Virus record (IMG/VR): IMGVR_UViG_2690316115_000024
Source of the DNA: a virus
Lineage: Duplodnaviria; Heunggongvirae; Uroviricota; Caudoviricetes
Length of the DNA stretch: 3,890 nt
Direction: 5' to 3' (one strand)
Below the pieces are notes generated by a model. It did not search any database, had not been told where the DNA came from, and saw only the letters and a program-made list of their open reading frames with translations. Shown here piece by piece: positions 1-3,890 of the stretch. A program made the translations under genes and the position numbers. The number at the start of each line of letters is the position of its first letter. The first letter of the stretch is position 1.

Positions 1-573
1 ATGTTTTGCGAAGAAAAAGTAGCTCAAATGGCTGCATACCTACTTCTTAAGAGAGGTGGGCGCATGGCATATCTGAAATTGATGAAGCTGCTCTATCTGT
101 CTAACCGCCAGTCGATTTTGAAGCATGGCAGGATGATCGGCGAAGATAGCCTTTACTCTATGAAATTTGGACCAGTCATGTCGAATACGCTGAACTTGAT
201 TCGCGGTAAGGCTGAAGGCATTGGTGACTACTGGTACAACTTGATAGAGACGAACGGGCATAATGTATCGTTGCGTTCAGATCCGAGGGAAATGGATGCA
301 GACGAGGTCTTTGATGAATTGAGTCGTGCAGATATCCGGATTTTAGATGAAATCTATTCTCGGTATGGGCATATGAACCGATTTGATCTCGCAAATATGA
401 CGCATTTAGAAAGCGTTTGTCCAGAGTGGCACGATCCTGGCAATTCTCGTAAGCCTATAGACCTGAAAGAAATGCTGATCAGTGAGGGTAAAAGCGAGGA
501 TGAGGCTAATCGCATAATTGGCAAAATGGAAGAATCTCAGAAACTTAAGGAATTTTCTTTGCAATTATCATGA
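1..573 (+). CDS. Panacea/DUF4065-domain protein (SocA/GepA-like 'phage-associated protein'); putative antitoxin or regulatory partner of a two/three-gene cargo module; 190 aa
   Basis: Seen: ORF from ATG at 1 to TGA at 571-573. The N-terminal half shows the pattern I associate with DUF4065/Panacea proteins: an N-terminal VAQMAAYLL segment, the KLMKLLYL motif, and a GPV motif (MKFGPVMSNTL) about 30 residues later. The stop overlaps the next start in ATGA (570-573). Limits: the start codon is at the window edge, so the upstream RBS and promoter are not visible and the true N-terminus could lie upstream. Family call is from memory of the motif, not a profile search. Confidence 0.6.
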   Translation: MFCEEKVAQMAAYLLLKRGGRMAYLKLMKLLYLSNRQSILKHGRMIGEDSLYSMKFGPVMSNTLNLIRGKAEGIGDYWYNLIETNGHNVSLRSDPREMDADEVFDELSRADIRILDEIYSRYGHMNRFDLANMTHLESVCPEWHDPGNSRKPIDLKEMLISEGKSEDEANRIIGKMEESQKLKEFSLQLS

Positions 574-989
574 CGGATTATCAGCCATACAGGAAAGGAA
601 CTGTGCTTGCCCCAACTGGACCATGCAATCATCTTCATGTGATTTGTAATGATCCTGTTTATTACCCCGTTAACGATTGTTATTGTGTTTTAGTTGTTAA
701 TATTTCTAGTATCAAGGATGGTGTCCCCCACGATCCGTCTTGCGTCTTGAATTCTGGTGATCATCGCTTTATCAAGCATCCAAGTTATGTTGTTTACGCT
801 GAAGCTATAATTTGGCGAGTGGATAACATGGTTAGAAAGCAGCGATCGGGTGAGATTTCTGTTCATGATGATATGCCAGAAGCTACATTCAATAGAATTC
901 TGGACGGTTTTGATATCTCTGATGAAGTTACGCCAAAGAACCTTAAATTTAAAAATAAATATTGCGTATCATCTATTGATGATGAGTAA
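570..989 (+). CDS. Hypothetical protein, 139 aa, Cys/His-rich, no family recognised; candidate toxin/effector partner of the upstream Panacea-domain gene
   Basis: Seen: ATG 570-572 overlaps the upstream TGA (571-573), so translational coupling is likely and there is no independent SD. TAA stop at 987-989. Cys at residues 19, 26, 37, 39, 58, 132 and His at 21, 23, 54, 65, 70, 99 (motifs CNHLHVICND, DCYCVLVV, HDPSC, GDHRFIKHPSY), with an acidic C-terminal tail. Local GC is low (roughly 30-40% by hand count of sampled 60-nt stretches). Inference: operon position fits a toxin/effector role. I cannot assign a family. Confidence 0.6.
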   Translation: MTDYQPYRKGTVLAPTGPCNHLHVICNDPVYYPVNDCYCVLVVNISSIKDGVPHDPSCVLNSGDHRFIKHPSYVVYAEAIIWRVDNMVRKQRSGEISVHDDMPEATFNRILDGFDISDEVTPKNLKFKNKYCVSSIDDE

Positions 990-1028
990 ACAACAGGAAT
1001 TGTTTCGGTATAACTTCTGGAGTTTTCT

Positions 1029-1202
1029 ATGGAAGATCAAAAAGCAACCAAGCCACAGGTTAAGTTCGACACAATGAAAGCATTCGTAGGTATGGGTGCT
1101 GCTGTTGAAGTTCTGATGAAGGCTGCTCCTAATGCGTTCACTCACGCTACTGTCTCTGGTAAAGAGCAGCAGGGTAAGCTTCGTCGTCTCAAAGCAGCAT
1201 GA
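1029..1202 (+). CDS. Small ORF, 57 aa (MEDQKATKPQVKFDTMKAFVGMGAAVEVLMKAAPNAFTHATVSGKEQQGKLRRLKAA), unknown function; not in the supplied ORF track
   Basis: Seen: ATG at 1029-1031 preceded by GGAG (1019-1022) with 6-nt spacing. An in-frame TAA at 1011-1013 rules out a longer form. TGA stop at 1200-1202 is followed about 20 nt later by a strong intrinsic terminator. Codon choice is dominated by GCT/GTT/GGT/CGT/ACT/TCT, resembling highly expressed enterobacterial genes. Short ORFs are easy to over-call, hence moderate confidence. Confidence 0.4.
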   Translation: MEDQKATKPQVKFDTMKAFVGMGAAVEVLMKAAPNAFTHATVSGKEQQGKLRRLKAA

Positions 1203-1221
1203 TCATAGCTGGTGCTTTTTG

Positions 1222-1250
1222 AAAACCCGCCTTCAGGCGGGTTTTTTCTT
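1222..1250. terminator. Bidirectional Rho-independent terminator between convergent transcription units
   Basis: Seen: AAAA-ACCCGCC-TTCA-GGCGGGT-TTTTTCTT. A perfect 7-bp GC-rich stem (1225-1231 / 1236-1242) with a 4-nt loop is followed by a T-run (1242-1247) on the plus strand and preceded by an A-run (1222-1225), which gives a shorter U-tract for the minus-strand transcript. It lies directly after the plus-strand 57-aa ORF stop (1202) and the minus-strand gene stop (1250-1252). Confidence 0.8.
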
Positions 1251-1531
1251 TAGTGATTTTCTTTGCCCTTCTGTTTGACTGTTCTGACCTGTTCCCACTC
1301 GATACGTCCTTCTTCTCGCCTTTTGTCTATGTATTCCGCAAGATCCTGAATATTGATGCAACGTTTTGCTTTTTGTGATGTGCCGATGCGATATGTTGGA
1401 ACGGGCAACTTACAAGCGTTTGCTTTTGCTTCTGCCGTGGCTGGACTCATACCAAAGTACTTTTGGCTAACTGCTGAGAGTTCAATGTTTGGGGTATTGA
1501 ATTCAGCCATCAGTAAAAACAAGGTGTTCAT
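1250..1531 (-). CDS. PrtN-family / excisionase-like small DNA-binding protein (putative Xis), about 93 aa
   Basis: Seen: minus-strand ORF with TAA stop at 1250-1252. Preferred start is ATG at 1529-1531, preceded by GGAG with 6-nt spacing (GGAGAAAATT-ATG). The track's longer GTG start at 1556-1558 has no SD. It is the last gene of the leftward operon and is followed by the terminator. Established/inference: the sequence (AEFNTPNIELSAVSQKYFGMSPATAEAKANACKLPVPTYRIG...DLAEYIDKRREEG, basic C-terminus) resembles PrtN-like proteins annotated as excisionases in P22/Sf6/HK620-type prophages. From memory, unverified. Confidence 0.6.
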   Translation of the reverse strand: MNTLFLLMAEFNTPNIELSAVSQKYFGMSPATAEAKANACKLPVPTYRIGTSQKAKRCINIQDLAEYIDKRREEGRIEWEQVRTVKQKGKENH

Positions 1532-1567
1532 AATTTTCTCCATCAAAACCGGCTGCACCCGGGAAAA

Positions 1568-2140
1568 TCATAATTCTGTGCTGGTGGCAGGAATTAATTT
1601 CTGCCAGATAGCGGAAACATATTTTGCCTGATGACGGGCATCAGCCAGGGCGTTGTGCCGTTCGCCATCGAAAGGCATGTCCATTTTGGGGTCGAATCCG
1701 ATGGAACGCCCAAGCGTAACGATCGTGCGTACATCGTGGTCATTCCAGTATGCCCACGGGCAGATTTGTCCTGCTCGCTCATAAGCTCCACGTAAAATTA
1801 CGTTGTCGAAGGTGGCTCCGTTACCCCAGACTTTTAAATATTTCGTATTGTCTGCGTGCCGGTTAATGAAATGATTTAGTTCTGAGAGAGCATCGCTGAT
1901 CGACAAAGTATCATCAATACAGATTGCAGCTCGTGCTTCAGGGCTTTGTTTCAACCACCACAGGATGGTATCGCCGTCAGGTGTAGCTCCTTGCTCCATA
2001 GCACTTTCCAGGCTAACAACCGTATAGAATTCTTGTCCGATGTCTCCGATTTCTGGAGTGAAGAACACCGCGCCAATGGAAACGATCGGTGCATCCTTAT
2101 TTTTCCCCATCGTCTCAAGGTCGATCATTAAGTTGTTCAT
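1568..2140 (-). CDS. DnaQ-like DEDDh 3'-5' exonuclease (phage exonuclease), about 190 aa
   Basis: Seen: Exo I motif MIDLETMG (D-x-E) near the N-terminus, Exo II-like WGNGATFDNVIL, and Exo III-like H-x4-D (ERHNALADARHQAKY). ATG at 2138-2140 is preceded by a strong SD (GGAGGTGAAGTG-ATG). The GTG at 2141-2143 used by the ORF track is one codon longer and less likely. The upstream gene's TGA (2140-2142) overlaps this ATG by 1 nt. TGA stop at 1568-1570. Confidence 0.85.
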   Translation of the reverse strand: MNNLMIDLETMGKNKDAPIVSIGAVFFTPEIGDIGQEFYTVVSLESAMEQGATPDGDTILWWLKQSPEARAAICIDDTLSISDALSELNHFINRHADNTKYLKVWGNGATFDNVILRGAYERAGQICPWAYWNDHDVRTIVTLGRSIGFDPKMDMPFDGERHNALADARHQAKYVSAIWQKLIPATSTEL

Positions 2141-2706
2141 CACTTCACCTCCAGCGGCGGTTCCGGTAGCGGCATCCAGTGAGTTGCTTGCTCAATACCA
2201 TTACCCGGCTTAATCGTTGCATCTCCGCGCCGAAAGGTGCTTCCGGTATAGCGTGCGGAGCATATTAGCGGTTCAACCTGAGAGCTATCGAAATTCACCG
2301 AAATAAGCACGTTCTGGCCCTTTTCAGGCATTCGATCACTACAGCTTATCCAACTATCCGGAGTTCCCGGAGAGTTGCCATTTACATCGAAGTTTGGCTC
2401 TGCGTCCTGAACTAGGAGGATGTAACCATTTTTGGCTGTATCAAGTTCTAACGCCTCGGTGACGGTACCGAAATAGCGATTACCTAAATCAACATCACAA
2501 GTGCTTACATCAATGGAAACTTCCATGCCTTCGATTAATTCTGGCAAGTTGTAAGTTTGGCTTACAGGCTCTGCTTCCAGCGATACCAGTGCAATTCGTG
2601 CCAGTTCTTCCGCTTCTTCTGCTGGCAGTACAACGTTGCTGCCAGGTCCGTATGTTTCGCGCCACTGCTGGATTGTCAGCAGGCGTTCTTTGGTAATAGT
2701 GGTCAT
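2140..2706 (-). CDS. DUF551-domain phage protein, 188 aa
   Basis: Seen: ATG at 2704-2706 with upstream AAGGTGA SD; TGA stop at 2140-2142. The C-terminal ATHWMPLPEPP motif is the hallmark I associate with DUF551 proteins of enterobacterial lambdoid prophages. The N-terminal region is acidic. Family call from memory. Confidence 0.75.
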   Translation of the reverse strand: MTTITKERLLTIQQWRETYGPGSNVVLPAEEAEELARIALVSLEAEPVSQTYNLPELIEGMEVSIDVSTCDVDLGNRYFGTVTEALELDTAKNGYILLVQDAEPNFDVNGNSPGTPDSWISCSDRMPEKGQNVLISVNFDSSQVEPLICSARYTGSTFRRGDATIKPGNGIEQATHWMPLPEPPLEVK

Positions 2707-2708
2707 AG

Positions 2709-2900
2709 CTATTTCACCTTAATCTCAACATTTCGCAGCTTTAGCTCTACTGGCAGGTCTGACTTTCCTGTTAATGCTAATGCGAGATTTTCTGGAGTAA
2801 TGAGAGCAGTTATTGTTTTCCCCCTCGCCAGACGAATAATCATTCGTATTTCGCGATCGTCACATGCTCCCGGTCGAACAATTGATATTTGTCCGTTCAT
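2709..2900 (-). CDS. Small hypothetical phage protein, 63 aa (MNGQISIVRPGACDDREIRMIIRLARGKTITALITPENLALALTGKSDLPVELKLRNVEIKVK)
   Basis: Seen: ATG at 2898-2900 preceded by GGAGAGTGAG (SD GGAG, 6-nt spacer) and lying 1 nt after the TGA of the upstream Ea22-like gene (2902-2904). TAG stop at 2709-2711, 2 nt before the next start. The ORF track's 117-aa version (start 3062) would overlap the Ea22-like gene by 160 nt with no SD, so I prefer the internal start. Confidence 0.55.
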   Translation of the reverse strand: MNGQISIVRPGACDDREIRMIIRLARGKTITALITPENLALALTGKSDLPVELKLRNVEIKVK

Positions 2901-2901
2901 C

Positions 2902-3558
2902 TCACTCTCCTTTGATGCGAATGCCAGCGGCGCGCTCGGCTTCACTTTGTTCCCAAAACCACTTGTGAAGCTCCATAAGCTTTTCGTCAATCGGTGCATA
3001 TTTGCGATTAAAGTAGGCCTGAGCATCTTTCTCAGATTCGTCCGGTAATTCGCCTGGGCCAAACAGTGTGTTATAAATCCATGCCAGTCCGCTTTTAGCG
3101 TCGCCAGTCGATTGCCATTCGATAATCGCAGCCTGCATGACCAGAATGTTTTTCCCGATTAATAGGTCCAGTTCTTTGTACCGGTTGCGGATGTATGCAT
3201 TCTCTCTTTGTAATTTTGCGTTGCGCTTCTCTGCGGCTTCCAGCTCAACACGCAGTTTCCCTACCGTTAGCGCAATTTCCTCGTTCTCCTGGTCGCGGCG
3301 TTTTATGTATTGCTGGTTTCTTTCCCGTTCATCTAGCAGCGCCAGCACGGTAGCCGGATTAGCCCTGGCAACAAAATCCCGGACAGGCTTACAATCAATC
3401 TCCGCAATGGGTTGATACGATGTGTAGCCATGCTGTCTTGTATAACTACCGTGACGAATAACGAAAAAATCACCGTTTATTTTTTTAGCCTGCCACTTAT
3501 CTTCACCGGCTTTCACTGCCGCCTCACGCAGTGCCTGATAGTCAATTTTGTTTGTCAT
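2902..3558 (-). CDS. Ead/Ea22-like family phage protein, 218 aa, with a central coiled-coil-like segment
   Basis: Seen: ATG at 3556-3558 with SD GAGG about 7 nt upstream. It overlaps the upstream gene's TGA (3555-3557) in ATGA. TGA stop at 2902-2904. N-terminus MTNKIDYQALREAAVKAGEDKW and a heptad-like charged stretch (ERERNQQYIKRRDQENEEIALTVGKLRVELEAAEKRNAKLQRENAYIRNRYKELD) match my recollection of ead/Ea22-like proteins in lambdoid early-left regions. Confidence 0.75.
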   Translation of the reverse strand: MTNKIDYQALREAAVKAGEDKWQAKKINGDFFVIRHGSYTRQHGYTSYQPIAEIDCKPVRDFVARANPATVLALLDERERNQQYIKRRDQENEEIALTVGKLRVELEAAEKRNAKLQRENAYIRNRYKELDLLIGKNILVMQAAIIEWQSTGDAKSGLAWIYNTLFGPGELPDESEKDAQAYFNRKYAPIDEKLMELHKWFWEQSEAERAAGIRIKGE

Positions 3559-3731
3559 GTAACTACCTCTTCGAATTTCAACTCCAGTTGATCACCCCAG
3601 ATTTCACATGACTCTGAACACGAGCCGGTATCGAATCGCCCGGCCTGCACCATCGCCTGATACAAATTCCAGTAGTCGCTGTCGGCATACATTCTGGCAA
3701 TCCCTTCAAGACTCAGATGACCACGGTACAT
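3555..3731 (-). CDS. Small hypothetical phage protein, about 58 aa (MYRGHLSLEGIARMYADSDYWNLYQAMVQAGRFDTGSCSESCEIWGDQLELKFEEVVT); 5' region abutted by an IS insertion
   Basis: Seen: TGA stop at 3555-3557 overlaps the Ea22-like start. Candidate ATG at 3729-3731 has only a weak, distant SD (AGGT about 9 nt upstream). The ORF track's 83-aa version starts at 3804-3806, which is inside the IS end, so that form is a chimera of IS and phage sequence. The native gene may have been longer and truncated by the IS. Confidence 0.4.
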   Translation of the reverse strand: MYRGHLSLEGIARMYADSDYWNLYQAMVQAGRFDTGSCSESCEIWGDQLELKFEEVVT

Positions 3732-3757
3732 AACGTCTTTACCTGTTCTGCGATGAC

Positions 3758-3890
3758 TGAGGTAGCCTGAGTTTAACGGACACTCCTTCCTGAAATAGAA
3801 TGGCATCAGAAGGAGCTAATAATGAGCAGAAAAACCCAACGTTACTCTAAAGAGTTCAAAGCCGAAGCTGTCAGAACGGTTCTTGAAAAT
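3758..3890 (+). mobile_element. Left end of an IS3-family insertion sequence (best match from memory: IS600), including the terminal inverted repeat and the start of orfA; continues beyond the window
   Basis: Seen: terminal TGAGGTAGCCTGAGTTTAACGGACAC starting at 3758. It begins with the TG typical of IS3-family ends and has GGACAC 20 nt in, as I recall for the IS3 left IR. orfA starts 64 nt inside with a strong SD (AGGAG, 6-nt spacer). Limits: the right end is outside the window, so the exact boundary (3758 versus 3754) and the target-site duplication cannot be confirmed. Confidence 0.75.
3822..3890 (+). CDS. IS3-family transposase OrfA (HTH DNA-binding subunit), N-terminal 23 codons only (MSRKTQRYSKEFKAEAVRTVLEN), truncated by window end
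   Basis: Seen: ATG at 3822-3824 with AGGAG SD. The translation contains the Y-S-x-E-F-K-x-E-A-V motif characteristic of IS3-family OrfA N-termini and matches my memory of the IS600 OrfA start. Confidence 0.8.
   Translation, partial: MSRKTQRYSKEFKAEAVRTVLEN

Noticed and set aside
40-394. Two minus-strand ORFs (73 aa and 72 aa) antisense to the Panacea-domain gene
   Set aside because: Both are embedded antisense in ORF1, whose translation carries recognisable family motifs; no SD support.
1000-1014. Promoter-like hexamers TTGTTT and TATAAC upstream of the 57-aa ORF
   Set aside because: Only about 3 nt separate them, far from the roughly 17-nt spacing a sigma70 promoter needs. I could not identify a convincing promoter for the small ORF by eye.
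850-1077. 75-aa plus-strand ORF overlapping the 3' end of ORF2 and the start of the 57-aa ORF
   Set aside because: Out of frame with both better-supported ORFs. The 57-aa ORF has a proper SD and terminator, and this frame does not.
1131-1202. Weak resemblance of the 57-aa ORF C-terminus (AAPNAF...VSGKE) to the C-terminal arm of HU-type proteins
   Set aside because: The match is only a few residues, the ORF is far too short for an HU fold, and the similarity is most likely coincidental.
1353-1631. 92-aa plus-strand ORF starting with TTG, overlapping the xis-like gene and the exonuclease 3' end
   Set aside because: Non-ATG start, no SD, fully antisense to two supported genes.
1594-1791. 65-aa minus-strand ORF inside the exonuclease gene in another frame
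   Set aside because: Out-of-frame overlap with a confident CDS whose catalytic motifs are in the other frame.
1946-2131. 61-aa plus-strand ORF antisense to the exonuclease gene
   Set aside because: Antisense shadow ORF; no supporting translation signals.
2557-3048. 163-aa plus-strand ORF (Cys/Phe/Arg-rich) spanning the 63-aa gene and the end of the Ea22-like gene
   Set aside because: It lies fully antisense to two well-supported, SD-preceded minus-strand genes. The composition is low-complexity and odd, as expected for the shadow frame of a coding region, and it has no convincing SD.
2709-3062. Longer 117-aa version of the 63-aa gene
   Set aside because: It would overlap the Ea22-like gene by about 160 nt with no SD, whereas the internal ATG at 2898-2900 has a GGAG SD and sits 1 nt after the upstream stop.
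3137-3415. 92-aa plus-strand ORF (Ser-rich) inside the Ea22-like gene
   Set aside because: Antisense shadow ORF within a confident CDS; Ser/Arg-rich low-complexity translation.
3555-3806. 83-aa version of the small gene, starting at ATG 3804-3806
   Set aside because: Its first ~16 codons fall inside the IS terminal repeat (from ~3758), so this reading frame is a chance IS/phage chimera, not a native gene.
1-3890. CRISPR arrays, tRNA or rRNA genes, att-site-like direct repeats
   Set aside because: I found no regularly spaced direct repeats, no cloverleaf-like tRNA candidates and no rRNA-like segments on reading through; the window is almost entirely protein-coding.

Overview
The window reads as a piece of a lambdoid (P22/lambda-like) enterobacterial prophage, probably Shigella or E. 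coli. Positions ~1250-3731 on the minus strand carry the distal end of an early-left-type operon: a small upstream gene, an Ead/Ea22-like gene, a 63-aa gene, a DUF551 gene, a DnaQ-like DEDDh 3'-5' exonuclease and a PrtN/excisionase-like gene. All are joined by overlapping or 1-2 nt stop/start junctions and each has its own Shine-Dalgarno sequence. The 3' end of the window (from ~3758) is the left end of an IS3-family insertion sequence. Its OrfA N-terminus matches what I remember of IS600, and it sits 26 bp upstream of the first phage gene. The most interesting part is positions 1-1250: a plus-strand cassette transcribed convergently to the phage operon and ending at a strong bidirectional intrinsic terminator. 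It encodes a Panacea/DUF4065-like protein (190 aa), a 4-nt-overlapping 139-aa Cys/His-rich protein I cannot place in any family, and an unlisted 57-aa ORF with a strong RBS. It is visibly more AT-rich than the phage genes and looks like an acquired toxin-antitoxin or anti-phage defence cargo whose effector is uncharacterised. All family assignments are from reading the translations by eye against remembered motifs; no searches were run.
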